The notes under the pieces are model-generated. The model did not search any database, was not told the DNA's origin, and worked only from the letters and a program-made list of their open reading frames with translations. Of a DNA stretch of 64,000 nucleotides, positions 30,000 through 40,166 are shown piece after piece. A program made the position numbers and the translations under genes. The stretch's first letter is position 1; every line of letters begins with the position of its first letter. The stretch lies in the sequence record MK250019.1, one strand, 5' to 3'.

Positions 30000-31904
30000 T
30001 TATAGTTTCTCTATAATTTTATCTCTCTCTTCTTTCGTTATTATAATAACAAATTCCTTATTAGAACCAAAATGAGATCTGTTTGTCAATGTTTCTTTAA
30101 TATATGGAACATATTTAGTAATCAAATCATCTGTCACAAATAAATATTTCTCACAATCATAATTCTTCAAACAAATATCTATCCAACCATCACAATCCCT
30201 ATTAACAGACTCAACACCAGGCCAATTCTCAATATTCCCATATGGTGAACATGTCAATAAACACTGATACTTACCTGTATTCGCACAACAATCAGCAATA
30301 TCTAAATCACATGTAACATTACATAATAAATCAGAATCAATAACAGGTTTCAAAAATTCATATATTTCCTTACTTTCCTTTACACTCGATTCACATAAAT
30401 CTCTACCTATATATGATTTACAACATGCTAATGTTCCTATCATTCTACCACTATATCCGGAAAACGGATCAAATATTGTATCAAACTCATTAAGATATTT
30501 CTTTATAAGATATTTTGCAAGATCAGGTTTAAAATAAGTAACTGTCTGAAACATCCTTGATGCATTCAATCCTATTCCATAAATAAAATCAGGAACATAA
30601 CATTCATCAATAAAATGTTTCCTTCCTTCTGATTTATACCAATCTGCAAATTTCAATCTGTTAACAAGAAGTTTCCTAAATAATTCCTTATCTGACTTAA
30701 TTTTATTCCATCCTTCATATGGTGATATACTGTTATCAATATGTGCATATATAATAGACTTATGAAACTTCTTTATAATTTTAGAAGGTGTTCGCAAATC
30801 TCTATCTTTTGATTTAATATATTCAAATTCTTTAATACATTCTTCATCAGTAACAGGATGTACAGTAGAAGGTGGAAAATATATATCCTGAATCTTTTCA
30901 AACTCTCTGTCTAAATACTTATCAACAACTTCATTACAATGTGCTGTCGTGCAATTCGCGCTCTTACATAAATTATCTTCTGTCTCTTCTTCACCGTTTA
31001 CAATAACCGGTTTATATTTAGGTTTACTTAATAATTCAGAAATATTAGTATATTTGTTAACCGATTTCTCTTTCTCTTTCTTCTTTTCTTCAGGTTTATC
31101 TTCTTTTTTAGCCTCTTTATGTTTAGTCTCTTTAACTTTCTTTTGTTCTTTAACTGGAAATGCTTCTTGAATACTGGTTTCTACTAAATCCTGTTTTTCA
31201 ATGATTTCATTTATATTATCATCAACAGTATATTTAACTAACAAAACAGGTTTATATTTAAAACGCGGTGCTTTACTGGCACAACTTGTAGAACAATATT
31301 TCGTATACAATTTTGTATTCTTTCCAATCCAAATAACAGGTTTTCCGCAAACAGGGCATTTAGGTTTCTCATAAACACCTTTCCTTATTCGCTGAACAGT
31401 CTCAAGAATAGAAGATGAATCATCAAATCTATTATTCAAATAATCTAATATAATAGGATTATCTATAAGTTCAACATACTTGTCATATATAATATGATTA
31501 ATAACAACATAATCATTCATATATTCAGAATTATCTATAGACTTCTGCCATTCCTTAAATCTATCATCTCGATGTTCTGCAATTTTAAAACTGTCTTTAT
31601 ATTGTTCTCTACATAATGAATTATACTTTGACTTACATATAGATGAATCACATGTTTCTTTATAACCGTTTCCTATTCTTCCACTCCATCTTGCTTTTTT
31701 ACCACAAAACTTACATGTTACAACAGAATGCAAATCATGAATAACATAATATAACCTCTCTAATATATCTTCATGATGTGTTAAAAAATCTGTGAAATCA
31801 TAAACTTCTTTATTTACATCTTCATTATTTTTAACTATATAAATTAACTGTCTTAAACTTATTTCTTTATTATTATATTGTTTTAAATAATCATTTAATT
31901 GCAT
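30000..31904 (-). CDS. DNA methyltransferase with N-terminal zinc-finger repeats
   Basis: CKFCGKK and CPVCGKP modules; C-terminal TIFDPFSGYSGRMIG (SAM binding) and LTCSPY. Confidence 0.7.
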   Translation of the reverse strand: MQLNDYLKQYNNKEISLRQLIYIVKNNEDVNKEVYDFTDFLTHHEDILERLYYVIHDLHSVVTCKFCGKKARWSGRIGNGYKETCDSSICKSKYNSLCREQYKDSFKIAEHRDDRFKEWQKSIDNSEYMNDYVVINHIIYDKYVELIDNPIILDYLNNRFDDSSSILETVQRIRKGVYEKPKCPVCGKPVIWIGKNTKLYTKYCSTSCASKAPRFKYKPVLLVKYTVDDNINEIIEKQDLVETSIQEAFPVKEQKKVKETKHKEAKKEDKPEEKKKEKEKSVNKYTNISELLSKPKYKPVIVNGEEETEDNLCKSANCTTAHCNEVVDKYLDREFEKIQDIYFPPSTVHPVTDEECIKEFEYIKSKDRDLRTPSKIIKKFHKSIIYAHIDNSISPYEGWNKIKSDKELFRKLLVNRLKFADWYKSEGRKHFIDECYVPDFIYGIGLNASRMFQTVTYFKPDLAKYLIKKYLNEFDTIFDPFSGYSGRMIGTLACCKSYIGRDLCESSVKESKEIYEFLKPVIDSDLLCNVTCDLDIADCCANTGKYQCLLTCSPYGNIENWPGVESVNRDCDGWIDICLKNYDCEKYLFVTDDLITKYVPYIKETLTNRSHFGSNKEFVIIITKEERDKIIEKL

Positions 31905-31936
31905 AATAATACTTTATTATTTCTAATAATATTTAT

Positions 31937-32797
31937 ATGTTAAAAAAACTCATTTGTTTTATAATATTAATGGATTTGTTTTCAAAGACTTTCATATTAA
32001 ACATATATATAATATATGAAACAAAATTTATAAAAAATAGAGTTCTTGCATTAGATTTAAATCCAAATTATATTGGATGGTCTATAGTTGATTGGAAATC
32101 TGAGAGTGAATTTGATGTTATTAAATCAGGTGTTTATTCAATTAAAAAATTGAATGACATAGATTTTGGTTTAAAAAATAAAGGATATAGTTCAGAATCT
32201 AATGAAAGAAAATATATTTCTGTTAAAAGAAATTATGAGACTTTACAAATTGTAAAGAATATAGTGAATAAATCTATATATTACAAATGCCAGATTATAT
32301 CTATTGAAGATTTAAATATTAAATCAAGTGATAAAGAATTAGGTAAACGATTTAATAAGTTAGTAAATAATTCATGGTGTAGAAATGCATTTGTGAATAA
32401 TTTAACTAAAAGATGTAATATTCATAATATTAAATTATTGAAAGTGAAACCTGAATATTCTAGTTTTATAGGAAATTTCTTATATAGAAGTTTAAATTTA
32501 CCGGATATGATATTAGCTTCAATAGAAATAGGAAGACGCGGATATGAGTTTTATAATCAATATATAAGTAAAGTAAAAGAAATTAAAAAGAATATAGTAA
32601 GACCGAATTTAAGTATATTTCAAAAGTTGTATCTTAAGTCGTTGGAAGAATTTAATTTACAGCCGATATACAAGGATTTGATTGAATTATATTACTTCTT
32701 CAAAAAGTCGAAACTTAAATATCGACTTTCTATAGATTCATTCAATCTATAGTTTTCTAGCTTTTATTCGAATACAAGTTTAATTGTATTTATATAA
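31937..32797 (+). mobile_element. tnpB: TnpB/Cas12f-like RuvC nuclease (IS200/IS605 accessory type), N-terminally truncated
   Basis: RVLALDLNP (RuvC-I), ISIEDL (RuvC-II), VKPEYSSFIG, LPDMILASIEIGRRG (RuvC-III); TAG 32750 read through to TAA 32795; true start uncertain. Confidence 0.7.
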
Positions 32798-32874
32798 ATT
32801 ATAATGTTTATAATTTATTATAATAAAAGTATTTAAGGCAATTTAATAATTTATTACGATACCATGAAGATTTA

Positions 32875-34491
32875 TTGGATATATTAAAGAAGAAAACTTC
32901 TTTTTTAGATGAACATAATCCTTCTAATTCGGAACGTGTATATTGCTGGTATAATAATATAACAGAAATTCAGAAATGCCCTCATTGCGGTAAATCCAGA
33001 AAATTTCATAAATTTACATATGGATATTTTCCTACATGTGGTTCAAAAGAATGTCGTGCAAAATCCGTTGTATATGGAAATAAGTTTAATCATAATTTTG
33101 TAGAAATACAAAAGAAAATGAGAGAAACATATGCAAAAAACCATAATGGTTATACGCATAATATGCAAGATCCAGAATTTAAAAAGAAGTTTTTTGATGA
33201 GTTTAAAAAGAAACATAATGGTATATCATGTGGTGCTCAGACAGAATTAGCAAAACAAAACAGAGAGAAAACAACATTAGAAAAATATGGTTGTAAATAT
33301 GCTTTATCATCTAAAGATGTAAGAGATAAAATATATGAAAAATATGGTGATGATGCAAAAATTAAATTTGCAAAAATCGCTACTGATACACGGAAAGAAA
33401 ATACATTAAATAACATTATTAAAAAGATTGAAGAATTAAATTATACATATATTTCAAATAATAATAATTTATTTAAAATTAAATGTAATAAATGTGGACA
33501 TATAAATGAAATTACAAGACAAGCAATAAACTATTACTATAGGAATAGTAATCATATATATTGTAATAAGTGTGAATATAAAGAATTAACATATAGGAGT
33601 AATTTTGAAAAAGATGTTGTTAAAGAAATAGGAAATATTATAAAAGAAACTAACTATTCTATTATAACAAATAAACATATTTATAATGGTAAAGAACATT
33701 TTGAAGTTGATATATTGATTCCTGAATTAAATTTAGCAATAGACTGNNNNNNNNNNNNNNNNNNNNNNNNNNNNNNNNNNNNNNNNNNNNNNNNNNNNNN
33801 NNNNNNNNNNNNNNNNNNNNNNNNNNNNNNNNNNNNNNNNNNNNNNNNNNNNNNNNNNNNNNNNNATGATATTTATAAGAAAGACATTATATTAAGTCGT
33901 TTATCTAGTAAATTAAAATTAAATAAACATATATATGCAAGAAAATGTTTAATTAAAGAATTGACTCCTAAATTATATAGAGATTTCTGTAATGAAAATC
34001 ATTTACATGGATCTGTTAATGCTTCAATAAAAGTAGGATTATTTTTTAATGATGAGTTAGTTGAAGTCGTAGGTTTAGGGAAATCTCGTAAATTAATTGG
34101 TAATAATAAAGATGAAGTTTCATATGAATTATTACGTTTATGTACAAAGAAATATATTAACGTTATAGGTGGGTTTTCTAAATTAATGAATTATGTTATT
34201 AATAAGTTTAATATAAATTCCATATATAGTTATGCAGATTTATCATGGATAGATTTAAAAGGAACATCATACATTAATAGTGGATTTTATATAGATAAAG
34301 TTATTGATAATGAATATTGGTGGGTTGTAAACAATATAAGAGAGAATCGATTGAATTATACAAAGAGTAAATTGGTATCATTAGGGTATGATAAGCATTT
34401 AACAGAAATTGAAATAATGCATTCTTTAAAGTATTATAGAATATTTGGTCCTGGAAATTTAAAATTTATATATAAAAAGAAAAGTCTCTAA
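32875..34491 (+). CDS. Hef-like homing endonuclease (zinc finger + PD-(D/E)xK-type domain)
   Basis: CPHCGK module, TLEKYG repeat, EVDILIPELNLAI, ARKC..NENHLHG, YELLRLC..VIGGFSKL; antisense to the capsid gene; spans an N gap. Confidence 0.7.
   Translation: MDILKKKTSFLDEHNPSNSERVYCWYNNITEIQKCPHCGKSRKFHKFTYGYFPTCGSKECRAKSVVYGNKFNHNFVEIQKKMRETYAKNHNGYTHNMQDPEFKKKFFDEFKKKHNGISCGAQTELAKQNREKTTLEKYGCKYALSSKDVRDKIYEKYGDDAKIKFAKIATDTRKENTLNNIIKKIEELNYTYISNNNNLFKIKCNKCGHINEITRQAINYYYRNSNHIYCNKCEYKELTYRSNFEKDVVKEIGNIIKETNYSIITNKHIYNGKEHFEVDILIPELNLAIDXXXXXXXXXXXXXXXXXXXXXXXXXXXXXXXXXXXXXXXXXDIYKKDIILSRLSSKLKLNKHIYARKCLIKELTPKLYRDFCNENHLHGSVNASIKVGLFFNDELVEVVGLGKSRKLIGNNKDEVSYELLRLCTKKYINVIGGFSKLMNYVINKFNINSIYSYADLSWIDLKGTSYINSGFYIDKVIDNEYWWVVNNIRENRLNYTKSKLVSLGYDKHLTEIEIMHSLKYYRIFGPGNLKFIYKKKSL
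33747..33865. other. Assembly gap (N run)
   Basis: 119 N characters. Confidence 1.
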
Positions 34492-34512
34492 GAAACCAAT
34501 CTTAGAGACTTT
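34481..34512. terminator. Bidirectional terminator between endonuclease and capsid genes
   Basis: AAAGTCTCTAAGA/TCTTAGAGACTTT. Confidence 0.8.
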
Positions 34513-34540
34513 ATTATATAATATTGTTTTGATAAAATTA

Positions 34541-36526
34541 TCAAAGTCCAGCAACGTCAACACAGAATGTAATATACTGAGTTTCAGGATAGAAACCTGC
34601 ATCAACAAGAGCATATCTTGATTTTATCATTAACTTTGGAGACATTGTTCCTTCAGCGATAATCTGAACTGATTCAGCCATTACATATGGACAGAAGTGA
34701 ACACCAGGTTCATCCTTACCACCCTTACGACCAACAAGTACACGGTTATCAGAACCACCCATGAGAGGATCTACATAGATTGTTAAACCGAACATTCCAC
34801 CGATTGGATAAAGTGAACCACCATTCTGTGAAATTGTGTTAGCAACAGGAGAGAATGTATAGTTAGCATTGCTCTGAAGAAGAGTTGCAATTGTAATGTT
34901 AGTTACTGCGAATGTAGCTGCACCATAACGACCTCTCTGAAGAATCCAGTTAGAAGCTGCAAGGAAGTTAACTGCTAATCTCTTAAGAAGAGTATCACGG
35001 TTTTCGAAAGCAGCACCAGAAGGAATATACATTGGTTTGTAAGGAAGTGCAACGTTTACATAGCTCTTATAAGCAACACCAGTAGGATCATTCTGTTCTG
35101 ACTGAGGAATTGCAAGAGCAGGAGTCATACGAACACCAGAAGTTGCAGTATAAGATGGGTCAAAACTCAAGTTCAAGTTAGCTGCAGGACCTTCAACCTC
35201 AACGAGCTTGTAGTGGTTCTTCCAACCAAGAGCGAACAAACGAGATGTGATATGACGGTTAATAGTTGCAGAAAGCTCATTGATACCAGCATTTTCTACC
35301 ATCTTAATAACATCAATACCCCACTGTTTCTGAAGGTCTGTTACCTGTTCCTGAGTTACAGCGCAACCAACCATGATTGTACCAACCTGTACATGCTTTG
35401 TAAACAACTGAAGTGAAAGTTGACGAGCCATTGTCTGCTCACCAGTACCACGACTCATTGGTTCATAAAGTGTAGTACCATCCTGATATGTACCATACCA
35501 TGCATCACGATCACGTTCACCAGCACCAGTGAATCCCTGGATCTGATCCTCAAGCATTGAAATAAGACGAGGAGCGTGAAGTGTAAGAACTACATTTACT
35601 TCTTCTGCAGAACCTACAGGAGTATAAACTGCCTCAAAATCAAGTGCACCACCATTGAAATATGCACCAAGTGACTGTGAACCAGAAACAACCTTGAACA
35701 TAGGATCACCATCAATACGAGACCAACCAACGAACTCAACAACAAGTTTGGCTGCATTATGAGCATCATCAAGTGCATCCATCTTTGATACAAGAGTTGT
35801 ACCAGCAGGCATTGCAGAAGCGCCCTTTAACATACGCTTAATCTGTGCAGGAGAAAGCTTAACAGCAGCAGATGAATCAGTTGTAGAACCATCAACAATT
35901 GTAGCCTCACCAGGAGCGATAGAAGCCTTGAATGCATGAGGAAGACCATACATCTCAAAAGGAGCATTTGACTGTGAATTTGCCATAGGATTCTGAGTTT
36001 TAGCAGAATATGCAGGTGTAGCACCAAATGGCTGCTTTGAACCAGAATATACATAATCCATATAAGGAAGAACACCAGTAGGACCGTCAAGTGGAGTTGT
36101 ATTTACAAGCTCGAAACCGATAGTCTTAGCAGCAACCTTAAGAGCAAGAGGTAACAAAGTAGGATACTTATCACCAGAACCAAGGTTCTTATTATCTGCG
36201 TAGTCAGCACCAGTTAAAGCAGGTTTGCCAGCAGGAACTGGATCACCAACACCAAGTGTGTTATAAAGGTTATTATATGGTTGATATGTTCCACCGAACT
36301 GTGAATATGCATTAGATGGCATTACAAATGCATCCTCATTCAACTTAGCTGTATTATGTGCAAGCTGAGACATCCAAGCAAGTTTATCAGCATCTTCAAC
36401 ACCTGTAATCTTCTTAATAGTAGGTGCCCATGATTCGTAGATAGCTTTGTCGCTATTCTTAGCAGTTGCACGATTTACATATGATTCGTAAGCCTATGCA
36501 ACAGACTTATTACTTTTGATTTTCAT
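34541..36526 (-). CDS. gp23: T4-like major capsid protein (661 aa; single TAG at codon 11)
   Basis: ATG 36526 gives MKIKSNKSVA(Q)AYES..WAP; TPLDGPTGVLPYMDYVY, EINELSATINR, GVHFCPYV, PKLMIKSRYAL; strong codon bias. Confidence 0.9.
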
Positions 36527-36932
36527 ATTAAAATTTTGTTTATTAATTTTTTGTTAAATTTTATATTGAATTTCTTAAAATATTTATCTAAGTTATTTTT
36601 ATAAAAAATTTGATTTAAAAACTTATGTTTAAATATTTATTCAATATAATAAAGGTAAATATTTTAATTTACCTGTGTAATTGTTAACTCAGATTACTAA
36701 ATCAAATTATTTACATAACGAAATCACTATATTAAACGTTTGATTTCCATATAATTACACTTTTTTATTTATAAGTATATCTTATTAAAATCTAGTCTTT
36801 AAATATAACCATTTTAATTTATTATGGTTAATTCAGTAGAATTAATTACAATAATTAATTTATTAAGTATTCTGTTGTATATATGTTATTTATCTAATTA
36901 TTTATCTATATTAAAATAATTAAAAAAGAAAT

Positions 36933-37208
36933 TTACTTAGAAATCGTATCGTTTTTTGCAAATGCTCTATCTTGTTGAACTTTTACATAAGCATCATAAA
37001 AACTAATAGTATCACTTGCAAATTTAGTATTTAGTTTTTCATGTATATCTTTTACTTCTACACGAATATCTTCTATTGATTCTCGCATAGCAGGTTTAGT
37101 TACACAAATATCCCATATAATAGAACCAATCACGAATAAAATTATCAATATAGAACCTATGCAACTAAATGAATTATAACATTTTTGTGTCTAATTAGTA
37201 TCAATCAT
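36933..37208 (-). CDS. Small single-TM protein (91 aa, TAG at codon 6), possible lysis accessory
   Basis: ATG 37208, TM SILIILFVIGSIIW followed by coiled coil. Confidence 0.55.
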
Positions 37209-37260
37209 TTTTCATTAAAGAGATTTAATTTTAATTTATTATTTCCACTGTATTAACTCT

Positions 37261-37794
37261 TTAATTATTTATCTTTAAATTCTAATGAATCTGCAACTTC
37301 AATTTTTTATATTTTGCACTATTATTACAACGATCCATAGCTCTCTTATATTTTTCGCCAAAGAAATGATATGTATATTCATTGCGTTCTTTTATTGCTT
37401 TAATATCTAATAACATCGGATCTGTTGGATGATACTAAGAAACAAATCGATAAACTAAATCAAGTTCTAATTGCATAGTTTGATATGCATGTCGATTAAT
37501 TTCTTCCTCTATATTTATCACCTCTAAAAGATAGTAAATATCATCTGCATAATCATCTTTATCTACTGCATCTTCAACTACAACTTTTACATTTTTTACT
37601 TCTGTTCTTAATTCCTATATTTCATTTGTATATATCTTAGAATAACTAAAATATATTACACCCAGTAAAATGACGATACCCAATAAATTTCTTAAAGCTT
37701 TTGGGATCTTAAACAACTAATCAATAAACTCTTTAATTGCTTCCTGGTCTCCAACTTTTTTGAAAAAATAGGAAAGAATCTAAAATATATACAT
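37261..37794 (-). CDS. Single-TM protein (177 aa, TAG=Gln)
   Basis: Read codon by codon; TAG at codon 5; TM LLGIVILLGVIYFSY. Confidence 0.6.
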
Positions 37795-37925
37795 TTTTAA
37801 TTTATTTAATTATGTTATTTTAATATTTATCAAAAATATATACATAAGAAAAAAAGGTTAAGATCTTAAAAGAGATCTTAACCTTTAAATAACATTAATA
37901 TTTATATTATGGTACTAATATAAAA

Positions 37926-39287
37926 TTATTTTGAAATATTCTTTGAATACTCTTCAATAAGTGTATTCAAGAACTTCTGTCCATCAAATCCAACATTAAG
38001 GAACTTCAATAACATTGGTGAATAACCAGACATAAAAATATTTCCATACTTATCTGTCTCTGGTGATGTCGTATTTCGAGAATTGAAATTCCACCAAACA
38101 AGCTTTGTATGCATTCCATTCTGCTTGAAAATATTCATCATCTCATCCTTTGTTTGATTTGAACCGCTATCAAACTCCATATCTGATAATACGACAATCC
38201 AATCTGGTGCATTCTTTGAATCAAGTTCCTTCAGCTTTGCGCATACAGCGCCAAAGTCTGTATTAGAGCAATCACCAGTATACATTGATTCAAGTTCTCT
38301 CTTATACTGAGATTCCTCAAAAAGATGTTGCTTTGAAAATTTTGGTGTTGTTCCCCAATAACCTCCGCGTACATAAGTATTTTCTACACCAAGCTTCAAC
38401 AATACAGGGTGTGAAGAAAAACTCAAAACCGTATCTGGAGCATATGTTGAACACTTTGCAAGATAATGACCTACTGCTAAAGCCTTTCCATAACTATCAT
38501 TACTATCTTGCATTGAACCAGAAGAATCTACAACAGGAATCCAACTTCCTGAAATCTTTTCAATCTTTGAAAAGAACAAATCAGGATCAATCTTATCACG
38601 ATTCTTATAAATGTCATAAACATTTGTAGTAGAAACCTTCAATTCTTGCTTACCTGAACGAACATCTTCCAAATACTTCTGAAACCTTACCTTTGTATCT
38701 TCACCTGTTGAAAATCTCTTAAAATACTTAATCATTGCAAGTGATGGAACCTGTGAGAAAATAATCTCTTCCGTTCTATGTCGTGACAACTTATTTTCTG
38801 TTGTATCAGACTTAATAAAATGTCCATAAGTCTGCTTATTCATATGAAACTGCTTTGCAATCTTACGAGCAAGCATAAGATTCTTAGATGAATAGCGAGG
38901 CATCCACTTCTTACAAAGTTCATTACCATTCTTAATTTCACTATACAAAAATTCGCACATTTTTGCAAATGAAATATCTCCCATCTGTTCCCATCCAATA
39001 AACAAATCATCGAAACGACCAGCTTTTACTACATCAGATGGTGTCACCTCTGTCAATAGCATAAGACGTCGACCAAGTTCACGTCTGCCAAATCCAAAAC
39101 GAGGATCTCTCATCATCATAGCAAACAACTTTGCAGTCATAGAAGTACCAATATATGGAATTTCATCAAGATGCTTACCATAATATTCTGACATAAAGAG
39201 AATATCCAACATAGGATTCATTGTAGTGTTATATGCATTATCACCATTCTCTGTAGTCTTCTTTGCAAAAATTTCTTCAAGTGTCAT
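37926..39287 (-). CDS. DUF2828 / TROVE-like protein with C-terminal vWA domain
   Basis: TTENGDNAY, MRDPRFGFGRR, VVDSSGSM, VVLSDMEFD, VWWNFN, MSGYSP. Confidence 0.8.
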   Translation of the reverse strand: MTLEEIFAKKTTENGDNAYNTTMNPMLDILFMSEYYGKHLDEIPYIGTSMTAKLFAMMMRDPRFGFGRRELGRRLMLLTEVTPSDVVKAGRFDDLFIGWEQMGDISFAKMCEFLYSEIKNGNELCKKWMPRYSSKNLMLARKIAKQFHMNKQTYGHFIKSDTTENKLSRHRTEEIIFSQVPSLAMIKYFKRFSTGEDTKVRFQKYLEDVRSGKQELKVSTTNVYDIYKNRDKIDPDLFFSKIEKISGSWIPVVDSSGSMQDSNDSYGKALAVGHYLAKCSTYAPDTVLSFSSHPVLLKLGVENTYVRGGYWGTTPKFSKQHLFEESQYKRELESMYTGDCSNTDFGAVCAKLKELDSKNAPDWIVVLSDMEFDSGSNQTKDEMMNIFKQNGMHTKLVWWNFNSRNTTSPETDKYGNIFMSGYSPMLLKFLNVGFDGQKFLNTLIEEYSKNISK

Positions 39288-39522
39288 AATCTTTTCTTTT
39301 TAAATTTTGTTATTACAAAAGTTGTTTAAATATTAATTACCAAAAAATTATACTAAATTAAAAATTGCGGACTTAACTTTCATTTTTAATAACAAACAAG
39401 AGTCTATTTACCATATCAAGGATTATCTTACAAATAATATATTTTCTAATTAATTTGCTGTTTTGACTCTCATGTATTTTTTATATGAACAAATATGTAT
39501 TTTGTCTATCTAACGAATATTT

Positions 39523-40077
39523 TTAATTTTTATTTGCACTTGGTAAATGCCCATGTGAAATACACCATAACATTAAATCATATACAAGTGAAATAAGTTC
39601 ATCACCTTCAAGTTCAGGATCTTTAAACTCATGTTTTTTTATTTTAATGTGTTTATATATACCTTTTGTATTAATAGGTTTATATAACACTTTATACATA
39701 TAATCAATATCTTTATTTTCGTCTTTTTGCTTAATTATATGTAATTTTAATGTATGATAATTTTTTGTTTCGTCTATATTAACTGCATTATATTCATTAT
39801 CACAATATATAGTTGATGGGAGTAAATCTATCATTTGTTCAAGTGTCCAACTTCTATATGATAATTTTGTATTAACTCTATAATAATTAGAAATACCAAA
39901 ATGTAAATCATTGTATGATGTTGTACGCTGTGTCAATACTAAATCAAATTCATAACTTATATTATCAAGTGAATTAGTATGTGAAAAACACATATGAACA
40001 TGTTTATATGATGGAGAATATCCGCCATATACATCATTTATTTTCTTTTGCTCACTTTCTGTTAACCACGTTCTCAT
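39523..40077 (-). CDS. Hypothetical protein
   Basis: 184-aa ORF. Confidence 0.65.
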   Translation of the reverse strand: MRTWLTESEQKKINDVYGGYSPSYKHVHMCFSHTNSLDNISYEFDLVLTQRTTSYNDLHFGISNYYRVNTKLSYRSWTLEQMIDLLPSTIYCDNEYNAVNIDETKNYHTLKLHIIKQKDENKDIDYMYKVLYKPINTKGIYKHIKIKKHEFKDPELEGDELISLVYDLMLWCISHGHLPSANKN

Positions 40078-40166
40078 ATTATTATAATTAAAAAGAGTAG
40101 ATACATATTATTTTTATGTACCTACTCTTTATCATATATATTAAATATTAAAAAGTCTAATTAGAA

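Noticed and set aside
31937-32797. Functional CRISPR-Cas12 system
   Set aside because: No array, no cas1/cas2, and the protein lacks its N-terminal lobe.
33747-33865. Interruption of the endonuclease gene
   Set aside because: It is an assembly N gap, and both flanks encode consecutive parts of one domain.
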